Shown here: positions 50,197-61,247 of the stretch, one piece after another
How positions within the stretch are numbered: the stretch's first letter is position 1
Layout: every line of letters starts with the position of its first letter
From: an uncultured Microthrixaceae bacterium
GTDB lineage: Bacteria; Actinomycetota; Acidimicrobiia; Acidimicrobiales; VFJN01
Assembly: GCA_963717755.1 (NCBI GenBank)
Contig: CAVQWY010000004.1
Location: 75,451 to 139,450 of the forward strand
DNA: 64,000 bases
Reading direction: 5' to 3'
Program-made: the position numbers and the translations under genes
Notes under the pieces: model-generated
Seen by the model: the letters and a program-made list of their open reading frames with translations, nothing else
What the model was told of the DNA's origin: nothing
Database searches by the model: none

Positions 50197-51263
50197 CGAG
50201 CGAGCTCAGCCGGTACGGCGCGTCCCGCGACGACCTGGCTTCCCTCCTCGGCGACCAGCCGCGGTACCGCGTGGACCAGGTGTGGGCCGGGCTGTACGAG
50301 CAGCTGGCCTCCCCCGCCGAGCTCACCAGCCTGCCGAAGGCCCTGCGCGCGGACCTCGACCAGCGGTTGCCCCTCGCTCTCGACCCGTTGACCGAGCAGA
50401 CGAGCGACAGGGGCGAGACGGTCAAGTGGCTCTGGGCGCTCGCCGACGGCACCCAGGTGGAGACCGTGCTCATGCACTACGCCGACCGGTCGACGGTGTG
50501 CGTGTCGAGCCAGGCCGGCTGCGCGATGGGCTGCACGTTCTGCGCCACCGGGCAGGCCGGCTTCGACCGCCAGCTCACCACCGGCGAGATCGTGGAGCAG
50601 GTCGTGCGCGCGGGGCGCCGGGCGCGGGACGACGGGCGGCGCCTGTCCAACGTGGTGTTCATGGGCATGGGTGAGCCGATGGCCAACTACGACCCCACCT
50701 GGGCGTCCATCGAGCGCTTCCACACCGACCTCGGTCTGTCCGCGCGCCACCTCACCGTGTCGACCGTCGGCATCGTGCCCGGCATCCGACGGCTCGCTGC
50801 AGAGGCCCTGCCGGTGAACCTCGCGGTCTCGCTGCACGCGGCCGACGACACGCTGAGGGACCAGCTCGTGCCGATCAACAAGCGCTACCCGCTGAGCACG
50901 CTCATGGACGCGTGCGCCGGCTACCTGCTGGCCAAGGGTCGTCGGCTCTCGTTCGAGTGGGCGCTGATCGACGGCGTGAACGACCGCGACCAGGACGCCC
51001 GGCTCCTCGTCGAGCGATCCCGCAGCTTGCCGCTCCCCGCCCACGTCAACCTGATCCCCCTCAACCCCACCCCTGGCTACGCCGTGCAGGGGTCCTCCGC
51101 TCGCCGGGTGCGCGAGTTCCGGGACCTGCTCCGCGAAGGTGGCGTCAACGCCACCGTGCGACGGACGCGTGGCACTGACATCGACGCCGCCTGCGGCCAG
51201 CTGCGCGCCACCCACGCGGACGCCCCTCCCACCGAGGTGAAGATCAGCGGACGAGGACGGTGA
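50193..51263 (+). CDS. rlmN: 23S rRNA/tRNA adenine-C2 methyltransferase RlmN (radical SAM)
   Basis: GTG at 50193 overlaps the mshD stop. SSQAGCAMGCTFCATG (CxxxCxxC), VFMGMGEP, and GTDIDAACGQL. Confidence 0.9.
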   Translation: MTSELSRYGASRDDLASLLGDQPRYRVDQVWAGLYEQLASPAELTSLPKALRADLDQRLPLALDPLTEQTSDRGETVKWLWALADGTQVETVLMHYADRSTVCVSSQAGCAMGCTFCATGQAGFDRQLTTGEIVEQVVRAGRRARDDGRRLSNVVFMGMGEPMANYDPTWASIERFHTDLGLSARHLTVSTVGIVPGIRRLAAEALPVNLAVSLHAADDTLRDQLVPINKRYPLSTLMDACAGYLLAKGRRLSFEWALIDGVNDRDQDARLLVERSRSLPLPAHVNLIPLNPTPGYAVQGSSARRVREFRDLLREGGVNATVRRTRGTDIDAACGQLRATHADAPPTEVKISGRGR

Positions 51264-51988
51264 CCCGGGAGCGGGCCCGGATCGCCCGCGACAAGGTCTC
51301 ACCCGCTCGCACCTCCGCGTCCGACCACACGACGCAGCGGTCGACCAGCCCCTCGACGCGGGCACCCGGTTCGATCACGCTGTGCCCGCCGCTCGCGAGG
51401 AGGTTCGCGGACAGGTACTGCTCCGGGGTGCCACAGTCGACGAACGGTCCGTCGTGGCGGACCGCGTCGATCCGACCGGCCTCCTGTGCCGCGCGCCAGG
51501 ACACCTCGTAGAGGCCGGACGGCACAGGGTCGAAGGCGGCGACATCAGACCACGGCAGCAGCGCACCAGCCACCTTGCTCTCGGGGCCCAGCTCGTCCTC
51601 GCCCGCGAGCAGCAGGCGGATGCGCTCGCCGATCCCAACCCTCGGCGAACGGCGCCAGGGAGCCGGGGCACCACGCGTCGGCATTGACCACGAGCACACC
51701 GCGCCCGTCGATCCAGGGGCGCAGCTGGCCGAGGGCACCGGCCGTCCCGAGGGCCTCGTCCTCCTCGACCGACCGGTGGACGTCGTCGGCCAGGTGGAGG
51801 TCGAGCGCTCGGCGTCCGTGGTGGAGGTTCACCGCCACGTCGTCCACGGCCGGGCGGACCCGGTCGAGGGCGAGGTCGACGAGCGGGACGTTGCCGACCG
51901 GGCACAGGGCCTTGGGGCGGAGGCGGGTCAGCGGCCGCAGGCGCGTGCCGCGTCCCGCCGCCAGCACGACCCCCACCAGTCCCTGCAT
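51244..51988 (-). CDS. NDP-sugar pyrophosphorylase-family nucleotidyltransferase (one frame break near 51650)
   Basis: VVLAAGRGTRLRPLTRLRPKALCPV (the G-x-G-T-R-x motif) is in ORF 51545..51988. The C-terminal half is in ORF 51244..51738 (FVDCGTPEQYLSANL). Confidence 0.7.
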
Positions 51989-52047
51989 CCGTGCATCCTC
52001 GCGCCCCGTGGTGGTGACTTCTGGCCGACCTCGGGCATGATCGCCTC

Positions 52048-52506
52048 ATGACGACCACCGTGAACGGGACCGCCGAGCTCAAGGGGCTCGTGGGACAGCA
52101 CCTCGGCTACAGCGACTACATGGAGATCACCCAAGAGCGGGTGAACCTGTTCGCCGATGCGACCGGTGACCACCAGTGGATCCACGTCGACGTGGATCGG
52201 GCCAAGGCCGAGAGCCCGTTCGGCGGACCGATCGCGCACGGCTACCTCACGTTGTCGCTCGGCCCTGTGCTCGTGCCGCAGGTCATCCGCGTCGAGGGCA
52301 TCAAGATGGGCGTCAACTACGGCTGCGACAAGGTGCGCTTCCCCTCCCCTGTCCCCGTCGGGGCCAACGTGCGGGTCGGCGTCGAGCTGCTGGACGTCAC
52401 CGACATCGCCGGCGGCTGCCAGGTGAAGATGCGGTTCACGTTCGAGTGCGAAGGCGCGCCGAAGCCCAGCTGCGTGAGCGAGAACCTCTTCCGCTACTAC
52501 GAGTGA
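52048..52506 (+). CDS. MaoC-like (R)-hydratase/dehydratase hot-dog protein
   Basis: Intact 152 aa ORF with FADATGDHQWIHVDVDRAKAESPFGGPIAHG. Confidence 0.8.
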   Translation: MTTTVNGTAELKGLVGQHLGYSDYMEITQERVNLFADATGDHQWIHVDVDRAKAESPFGGPIAHGYLTLSLGPVLVPQVIRVEGIKMGVNYGCDKVRFPSPVPVGANVRVGVELLDVTDIAGGCQVKMRFTFECEGAPKPSCVSENLFRYYE

Positions 52507-52509
52507 CGC

Positions 52510-53469
52510 CTACCGCAGCGCGGGGATGACCTGCTCGGCGAAGAGCCGCACGGTCTGCGTGTCCGGGTAGTCGCTGCACCACGGGTAGAAGCCGGTGGCG
52601 CCCAGGCCGATGTAGGTCTGGATCTTCTCGACGACCTGCTCCGGCGTACCCACCAGGTTGCCCTCGGTCCACGACTCGACCGGCTCGCCGACGATCGACT
52701 TCGTGCCCGCCGCCTTGATCTCGTCCTCGGACTCACGGATGAAGATCTCACCGGACATCGTCTTCTGGATCTCGTCGTAGTCGCGCCCGACGTCCTTGCA
52801 GTGCTGCTGCAGCACCTCGGTCTTGTGCTTGAACTCGTGCGGCTTGCCCCCGAAGTTCGAGGCGTCGGCCAGACGAGCGACCACCCGCAGCGTGAGCTGC
52901 TCGCCGCTGCCGCCGATGAGGATCTGCGGGTGCGGCTGCTGGAGCGGCTTCGGGTCGCACTGCGCGCCGGCCAGCTGGAAGTGCTGGCCCTCGTAGGTGA
53001 CGTCGGGCTCGCTCCACATCGCCTTGACGATCTCGACCGTCTCCCTGAGCACGCGGATCCGGTCGGATGCCTTCGGGAAGTCGTAGCCGTAGCCGTTGAA
53101 CTCGTGCTCGTACCACCCGGCCCCGATGCCCCAGATGAGGCGACCGCCGGAGATCACGTCGAGGTTGGAGGTGATCTTCGCCAGCAGGCCCGGGTTCCGG
53201 TACGGCGAGCACCCCACCATCTGGCCGAGCTTGATGGTGCTGGTGCGCTGGCTGATGGCGGCCAGCGTCGTCCAGCACTCGAACATCGTCTCCTGGGCGG
53301 GCCGGGGGACGTTGTGGAAGTGGTCGTACACCCAGAGCGAGTCGAACCCGAGCTCCTCCGCCAGCACCGCGACCTCGACGGCCTTGGCCCACTTGGCCTG
53401 GGGGTCCTCGATCGAGGCCAGCTCCATCTTCCAACCCTGCGGGACGAACACACCGAACGTGAGAGGCAT
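52510..53469 (-). CDS. LLM-class (luciferase-like) F420-dependent oxidoreductase
   Basis: Internal ATG at 53467-53469, 319 aa. FDSLWVYDHF, LGQMVGCSPYRNPGLLAK, GGRLIWGIGAGW, and ILIGGSGE. Confidence 0.8.
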   Translation of the reverse strand: MPLTFGVFVPQGWKMELASIEDPQAKWAKAVEVAVLAEELGFDSLWVYDHFHNVPRPAQETMFECWTTLAAISQRTSTIKLGQMVGCSPYRNPGLLAKITSNLDVISGGRLIWGIGAGWYEHEFNGYGYDFPKASDRIRVLRETVEIVKAMWSEPDVTYEGQHFQLAGAQCDPKPLQQPHPQILIGGSGEQLTLRVVARLADASNFGGKPHEFKHKTEVLQQHCKDVGRDYDEIQKTMSGEIFIRESEDEIKAAGTKSIVGEPVESWTEGNLVGTPEQVVEKIQTYIGLGATGFYPWCSDYPDTQTVRLFAEQVIPALR

Positions 53470-53484
53470 GCGTTCCCTTCTAGC

Positions 53485-54990
53485 GTGGATCTGGTGCGAT
53501 CGCGCCGCGGTGTCTGGGTCATCTCGGTGATCGCGGTGGTCGCGGCGTGCAGCGGTTCGGACGAGTCGAGCTCGAGCTCCACCAGTGCCGAGGAGACGAC
53601 GACCACCGCGCCGTCGATCATCGTCACCGTGCCACCCACCACGACGACCACCGTCGAGCTGCCCCCCGCCGTGCCGATCACGTGGCGCAGCTGTGGCGGC
53701 GGGCTCGACTGCGCGACGGTCACCGTCCCGATCAGCTATCAGGACCCGACCGGGCCCACGCTCGAGCTGTCGCTCGTCCGCAACCCCGCCGACCACCCCG
53801 ACGAGCGGATCGGGACCCTGCTCATGAACCCGGGCGGTCCGGGCGCGTCCGGCGTGCGGCGCGTCGCCCGCGGGTTTCGGGTGAGCGAGGAGGTGGCCGA
53901 CCGGTTCGACATCGTCGGGTTCGATCCCCGCGGGGTCGGCGGCAGCACCCCGATCAGCTGCGGCAGCTCGGTGCCCGCCTTCCGGGCGGTGGACCTGGCG
54001 CCGGACACCCTGGAGGAGGAAGCCGCGCTGGAGACCGCCGCCAAGGCGGTGGCCGACGAGTGCCTCGCCACGGAGGGCGACCGGCTCGCGCACCTCGGCA
54101 CGGTGGAGGTGGTGCACGACATCGAGGTGATCCGACGGTCCATCGACGAGGACCGGGTCAGCTTCGTCGGGCTGTCGTACGGCACGCTGATCGGTCAGCT
54201 CTGGGCCGAGTGGTACCCCGGCTCCGTCCGGGCGCTCGTGCTCGACGGCGTGGTCAACCCCGCCTCCGGTGGCGCGACCACGTCATCCGAGCAGGCAGAC
54301 GGCGTCGACGACGTCACGGACGCCATGGACGAGGCCTGCTCGACCGACCCTGCCTGTCCGCTCGCCGACACAGGTGGCCCGCTGGCGTCCTACGACGAGC
54401 TGGCCCGTCGGTTGGAGGCCGGTGAGGTGGCCGCCCCCGGCGTGGGACCGACGCAGCTCGCCTACGCCACCTTCTACGCGACCTACGACGTCGACACGTG
54501 GCCGCTGCTCTGGTCCGCCATCGACCTTGGGCTGGCCGGTGACCTGTCCGGCGTCGCCGACCTGGCCGCGTCGTACACGAGCCTGGTGCCGTACGCGCCG
54601 TTCGCCATCGTGACCTGCCTCGACGGTGGCCACCCGATCGGGTACGACGCCTGGCAGGCGTCAGCCGCTGACTCCGTCCGGACGTCTCCCCGCTTCGGGC
54701 GCGTGCTGGCGAACGAGCTCCTCCCGTGCGCGTTCTGGCCCAAGGCCACGTACCAGGCGCAGGCGGTGGACGCGGAGGGTGCCCCGCCGATCCTCGTCAT
54801 CGGGAGCACGGGCGATGCCGCCACGCCGTACGAGTCGGCCGTCGCGGTGACCGACAACCTCGACGGCGCTGCGCTGCTCACCGTCGAGCTCGAGGGCCAC
54901 GTGGCGCTCGGCGACTCGGAGTGCGCCGCCGAGCGGGCCACCCGCTACCTCGTCGACCTGGTCGTGCCGGAACGGGGCGCCCGCTGCTAG
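53485..54990 (+). CDS. Secreted lipoprotein alpha/beta hydrolase (tripeptidyl-aminopeptidase-like)
   Basis: GTG at 53485. Lipobox VVAACSG, a Ser/Thr-rich linker, LLMNPGGPGASG, the nucleophile elbow GLSYGT, and a C-terminal Cys-containing TAP-like region. Confidence 0.75.
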   Translation: MDLVRSRRGVWVISVIAVVAACSGSDESSSSSTSAEETTTTAPSIIVTVPPTTTTTVELPPAVPITWRSCGGGLDCATVTVPISYQDPTGPTLELSLVRNPADHPDERIGTLLMNPGGPGASGVRRVARGFRVSEEVADRFDIVGFDPRGVGGSTPISCGSSVPAFRAVDLAPDTLEEEAALETAAKAVADECLATEGDRLAHLGTVEVVHDIEVIRRSIDEDRVSFVGLSYGTLIGQLWAEWYPGSVRALVLDGVVNPASGGATTSSEQADGVDDVTDAMDEACSTDPACPLADTGGPLASYDELARRLEAGEVAAPGVGPTQLAYATFYATYDVDTWPLLWSAIDLGLAGDLSGVADLAASYTSLVPYAPFAIVTCLDGGHPIGYDAWQASAADSVRTSPRFGRVLANELLPCAFWPKATYQAQAVDAEGAPPILVIGSTGDAATPYESAVAVTDNLDGAALLTVELEGHVALGDSECAAERATRYLVDLVVPERGARC

Positions 54991-55045
54991 TTCGACCGCC
55001 GGAGTTCGCCGCCCCTACTGTCCGAGGCGCCCGACCACCGAGCCC

Positions 55046-56719
55046 ATGGGGGGAACCGGTCGCATGGAGTTCAACCTCGCTGACGTCAACGACGCGGTCA
55101 GCGCCGCCGTGCCCGATCGCGAGTGCATCGTGTGGCGAGATCGGCGCCTCACCTACGGCCAGGTGGCCGCGCGTGCCAACCGGCTCGCCCACCACCTGAT
55201 CGCTGCCGGCCTCGGCGCGCACACCGACCGCGCCGCCCTCGGGGGTCACGAGAGCGGCCAGGACCACCTGGCCTGCTACATGCACAACGGCAACGAGTAC
55301 ATCGAGGCGATGCTCGGGGCCTACAAGGCCCGGGTGGCGCCGTTCAACGTGAACTACCGCTACGTCGCCGAGGAGCTTCGCTACCTGCTCAACGACGCGG
55401 CGGCCACCGCCATCGTCTTCCACTCGGCCTTCGCCGATCGGCTGGCCGAGGTGCTGCCTGACCTGCCGTCGCTGCGCGTGCTCCTGCAGGTCGACGACGG
55501 CTCGGGCATCGGCCTTCTCGCGGGCGCGCAGTGGTACGAGGACGCGCTGGACGCGTCCAGCCCGGAGCCGCCTCAGATCGAGCGCAGCCCGGACGACCTC
55601 TACATCCTCTACACGGGAGGCACCACGGGCATGCCCAAGGGCGTGCTGTGGCGGCAGGCCGACATCTTCGTGGGCGCCATGGGGGGCCGGAACCTCGGCA
55701 CCGGTGGCGAGTGGGAGAGCATGGAGCAGGTGGTGGAGGCCGCGGCCAACGGTGGCGCCCGCCTGGTGCCGGCACCACCGTTCATGCACGGTGCCGGCCA
55801 CTGGCTGGCGTTCAACGCCCTCACCGGCGGCAGCACGATCTGCATCCAGGACGACACGGTCGGCCTCGACCCCGACGACGTGTGGCGCACGATCGAGCGG
55901 GAGAAGGTCAACATCCTCCTCATCGTCGGCGACGCGTTCGGGCGGCCGCTCGTCGACCAGCTCGAGGTGGTGGCCGACAAGGGCGAGCCGTACGACCTCT
56001 CATCGATGCTGATGGTGATCTCCGGCGGGGCCCCGCTCAACTCGACCATCAAGGACCGGTTCCTGGCGCAGCTCCCCACGGTCATGGTGATGGACGCCGT
56101 GGGCGCCTCGGAGACCGGCAGCCAGATGTCCCACATGAGCGCCGCCGGGCAGTCAGCGAGCACCGGCACGTTCACTCCCGGTCCCGGCGCGGCCATCGTG
56201 AGCGACGACCTCACCGCCTCCCTCGAGGCCGGGCACGCCGAGGTGGGGTGGCTGGCGCAGAAGGGGCGCGTCCCGCTCGGCTACCTGGGAGACGCAGACA
56301 AGACAGCCCGCACCTTTCCCGTGATCGGCGACACCCGCTACTCGGTGCCCGGTGACCGGGCCCGGCTCACCGCCGACGGCATCATCGAGCTGTACGGCCG
56401 CGACTCGGTGACCATCAACTCAGGCGGCGAGAAGATCTTCGCCGAGGAGGTCGAGCAGGCGATCGCCCACCACCCCGACGTGTACGACGTCGTGTGCGCC
56501 GGTCGCCCGTCCGAGCGCTGGGGCCAGGAGGTCGTCGCCGTCGTGCAGCTCCGCGAGGGCGCCACCGCCACCGAGGAGGACCTGCTCGCCGAGGCGGCGA
56601 CGCACGTCGCGCGCTACAAGCTCCCGAAGGCGTTCGTGTTCCGCGACGCCGTCGTCCGCTCTCCTGCCGGCAAGGCCGACTACCGCTGGGCCAAGGAGCA
56701 GGTCGCGCTCGACGGCTGA
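55046..56719 (+). CDS. Acyl-CoA synthetase (AMP-binding family)
   Basis: Intact 557 aa ORF with YILYTGGTTGMPKGV (AMP-binding motif), GDRARLTADGIIELYGRD, SGGEKI, and YKLPKAF. Confidence 0.9.
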   Translation: MGGTGRMEFNLADVNDAVSAAVPDRECIVWRDRRLTYGQVAARANRLAHHLIAAGLGAHTDRAALGGHESGQDHLACYMHNGNEYIEAMLGAYKARVAPFNVNYRYVAEELRYLLNDAAATAIVFHSAFADRLAEVLPDLPSLRVLLQVDDGSGIGLLAGAQWYEDALDASSPEPPQIERSPDDLYILYTGGTTGMPKGVLWRQADIFVGAMGGRNLGTGGEWESMEQVVEAAANGGARLVPAPPFMHGAGHWLAFNALTGGSTICIQDDTVGLDPDDVWRTIEREKVNILLIVGDAFGRPLVDQLEVVADKGEPYDLSSMLMVISGGAPLNSTIKDRFLAQLPTVMVMDAVGASETGSQMSHMSAAGQSASTGTFTPGPGAAIVSDDLTASLEAGHAEVGWLAQKGRVPLGYLGDADKTARTFPVIGDTRYSVPGDRARLTADGIIELYGRDSVTINSGGEKIFAEEVEQAIAHHPDVYDVVCAGRPSERWGQEVVAVVQLREGATATEEDLLAEAATHVARYKLPKAFVFRDAVVRSPAGKADYRWAKEQVALDG

Positions 56720-56722
56720 ACC

Positions 56723-57530
56723 TCAGCCGTCGGGGACGAGATCAGCAGACCGGGTCAGTCGGAGCGCGGCGGCGATGTCCTCCCAGTTGGCGAGGCGGTC
56801 GGCCGGACGCGCAGAGGCGAGCCCGCGCGGCGTCGTCGATGCCTGGACCGGTTCCAGGCCGAGCGCGGCGCAGATGCGTGATCTGGCAGCCTGCTGGGCT
56901 TCGGGGGTCGCCAGATCGTCCTCGTAGGTGAGGTGCACGGCGGGGAGGTCTGCGAGACCGTCGTCGATCAGGCGTGCGTTGGCGTCGAGCAGGTGGAGGG
57001 TCGTGACGAAGGTCGCGACCTCAGCGGTGAACGGGGTGAAGCGCTCACCATCACCGTCGCGGTAGTGGTGGCGGTGCGACTCGGCGTGCAGGGCCGAGGC
57101 GGCCTGGGCCATGAGATCCCGCCGCGACAGACGGATGAGGAGGTACCCGTTGGCGACCGCCCGGGCCAAGAGCTCCGCGGCGGACCGAACCGCGCCGGGC
57201 GCCACAGGATGTGGTGGTCGAGGATCTTGCACCCCCAGGCCGCCCCGCCGCGCCTCCTGCCGCGTAGGTGGCGAGCGGAGGGACCGCGCGCACGCCGCGT
57301 GCTGGCCCCACCGAGATCGCCACTTCGCCACCCCCAGCAGACCGTCCGTCATGGGTACGGTTCGCGGTCGGCGATGTCCGTTCCCGCTCAGCGGTGCGAT
57401 CCCGCCATGCCCTCCAGCGGGGGTAAATCGCTGGACCCACGCCGCCGACTCCGGCACGATGCGCTCCCCCGCACCGACCCGGTGCCCGCGATGAAGGGAG
57501 GACCCACATGCCGAACCGCACCCGCGACGA
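56723..57530 (-). pseudogene. Stf0-type sulfotransferase, N-terminal half frame-broken (5' end approximate)
   Basis: The C-terminal 170 aa are coherent (YLLIRLSRRDLMAQAASALHAESHRHHY...LTYEDDL). A P-loop-like PFIAGTGSVRGS segment lies in a different frame near 57490. Confidence 0.5.
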
Positions 57531-57652
57531 CCTCGGCTCGCTCGGGACCCTCGTCGCGGCTCCCCGCATCCTCTGACGCGCGGTCGAGCCCCTTGCCCAG
57601 CTGATGGCGTGCCTCGGCGCGCCTGCACGTCCCCCCGAAGGAGGTGAACGAC

Positions 57653-57781
57653 GTGCGCATCAACGTGAACCGAGCGCGTGCGGACATCCGTCCCCGCCGC
57701 AAGCCCATCTCCCACGTGCAGGTGGAGCAGGCCCGACATCGCGCCTGGCTCGAAGCGAGCCTCCCGCGGATCAGCCTGTAG
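57653..57781 (+). CDS. Candidate 42-aa basic small protein
   Basis: Not in the ORF track (shorter than 60 aa). The GTG is preceded by GAAGGAGG, which ends 7 nt upstream. Sequence: MRINVNRARADIRPRRKPISHVQVEQARHRAWLEASLPRISL. 36 of 42 codons end in G or C, and a hairpin follows. Confidence 0.4.
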   Translation: MRINVNRARADIRPRRKPISHVQVEQARHRAWLEASLPRISL

Positions 57782-57785
57782 AGGC

Positions 57786-57814
57786 CCACGACCCGCCCAT
57801 CGGGCGGGTCGTGG
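57786..57814. terminator. Perfect 13-bp hairpin between the small ORF and udk (bidirectional terminator candidate)
   Basis: CCACGACCCGCCC-ATC-GGGCGGGTCGTGG. It lies 4 nt beyond the udk stop on the minus strand and 4 nt beyond the small-ORF stop on the plus strand. Confidence 0.6.
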
Positions 57815-57818
57815 CGCG

Positions 57819-59792
<1,974 letters not shown>

Positions 59793-59802
59793 GGGCGTGA
59801 GC

Positions 59803-60513
59803 CTACGGGGCGGCGCGGAGCACGACCGTCGCGACGCTGCCGTCCAGGCACGACTCCCGAGGGTCGAAGCGATAGCCGAGCGGGTGGTGGAAGTCGCCGA
59901 GCGCCTCCGGCCCGGCGGGCTGCTCGGTGAGGAGCCAGCGCACGAGGCTGCCCTTGAGGAGCTTGTTCCAATGGCTCACCGTGCGACCCTCCGCGTCGAG
60001 GAACCGCATCGTCACCCGGCGCTCGGGTGCGCACGCCGACCAGTCCATGGCCGCCTCGTGCTCGATCGGGAGGAGGTCCCACACCACCCGTCCCGCGGTG
60101 AGCTCCGCCAACACGGGTGCGAGCCTCGGGCGCCACCACGTCGCCAGACGGCCGAGCCCGTCGAGCGACGCCGACATCTTGAGCCGGTACGGCGGGATGG
60201 GATCATCGGGTGCCACCAAGCCCCAGAGCCCGGACACGGTGCGCACCTGGTCCTCTCCGCGCGTTCGTGCTCCGGAGGCCAGCGTCGACCACGACAGCTC
60301 GTGGTAGAGCACGCCGGTGTAGCGCTCCATCGCTGGCAGGGTGCCCGCGCGCCTCGGCGTGGCGCCGGCGGCCCGAGCCGCCCGGAGGACCTCGCGGCGG
60401 GGTCGGTCCAGGCGACGGTCGGCCATGGTGCCGGCCGACCAGCTGGGTCCGTGGCCCCCAGGTGCCTTGCCCTCCGACGGCGGGAGCAAGATCACCGGTT
60501 GGGGGTCGGGCAC
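59803..60513 (-). CDS. yaaA: YaaA-family (DUF328) peroxide-stress protein
   Basis: Intact 236 aa ORF with ILLPPSEGK, ERYTGVLY, GLWGLVAPDDPIPPYRLKM, and HWNKLLKG. Confidence 0.75.
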   Translation of the reverse strand: MPDPQPVILLPPSEGKAPGGHGPSWSAGTMADRRLDRPRREVLRAARAAGATPRRAGTLPAMERYTGVLYHELSWSTLASGARTRGEDQVRTVSGLWGLVAPDDPIPPYRLKMSASLDGLGRLATWWRPRLAPVLAELTAGRVVWDLLPIEHEAAMDWSACAPERRVTMRFLDAEGRTVSHWNKLLKGSLVRWLLTEQPAGPEALGDFHHPLGYRFDPRESCLDGSVATVVLRAAP

Positions 60514-60527
60514 GGGGGGTTCCTACC

Positions 60528-61247
60528 ATGACCCCGATGCCCGGCTTCACCATGCCCGAGACCCTCCCGGAAGGTGAGGAGAAGGTGGAGGCGGTGCGCA
60601 CGATGTTCGACGCCATCGCGCCCCGGTACGACCTCGTGAACCGCATCATGACCTTCCGCATGGACGTCAGGTGGCGCCGTCGCACGGTGGGCTCCCTCTC
60701 CCTGTCGCCGGGCGCGACCGTGATCGACCTGGCGTGCGGCACGGGCGACCTGTGCCGGGAGCTGTCGCAGAGCGAGCTCGCGCCGATCGGCGTCGACCTG
60801 TCCTTCGGGATGCTGGCGGCCGCGCGCACGGACGCGCCGCTCGTGCACGGCGATGCGCTGCGCCTCCCGGTGCCCGACGGGTGCACCGACGGCATCACCT
60901 GCGGGTTCGCCCTGCGCAACTTCGAGAGCCTCCCGCCGTTCTTCGCCGAGCTGGCGCGGGTGGTCCGGCCGGGCGGGCGCATCGCGCTGCTGGAGGTCGC
61001 CGAGCCACCCAACCGGCTGCTCCGGTTCGGCCATCGCATCTACTTCGGCAAGGTCGTCCCCCTCGTCGGCGGCCTGCTCTCCGATCCCGCCGCCTACCGC
61101 TACCTGCCGCGCTCGGTGGCGTACCTCCCGGAACCGTCCGTGATGCTCGGTCAGCTGGCCGACGCCGGGTTCGCCGACGTCGAACGACAGCTGCTGTCGG
61201 TCGGCATCGCGCAGCTGGTGACCGCCACCCGTCGTCCCGAGGCGTGA
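60528..61247 (+). CDS. menG: Demethylmenaquinone methyltransferase
   Basis: ATG at 60528. VRTMFDAIAPRYDLVNRIMTF, VIDLACGTGDL, and FALRNF...RPGGRIALLE. Confidence 0.85.
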   Translation: MTPMPGFTMPETLPEGEEKVEAVRTMFDAIAPRYDLVNRIMTFRMDVRWRRRTVGSLSLSPGATVIDLACGTGDLCRELSQSELAPIGVDLSFGMLAAARTDAPLVHGDALRLPVPDGCTDGITCGFALRNFESLPPFFAELARVVRPGGRIALLEVAEPPNRLLRFGHRIYFGKVVPLVGGLLSDPAAYRYLPRSVAYLPEPSVMLGQLADAGFADVERQLLSVGIAQLVTATRRPEA

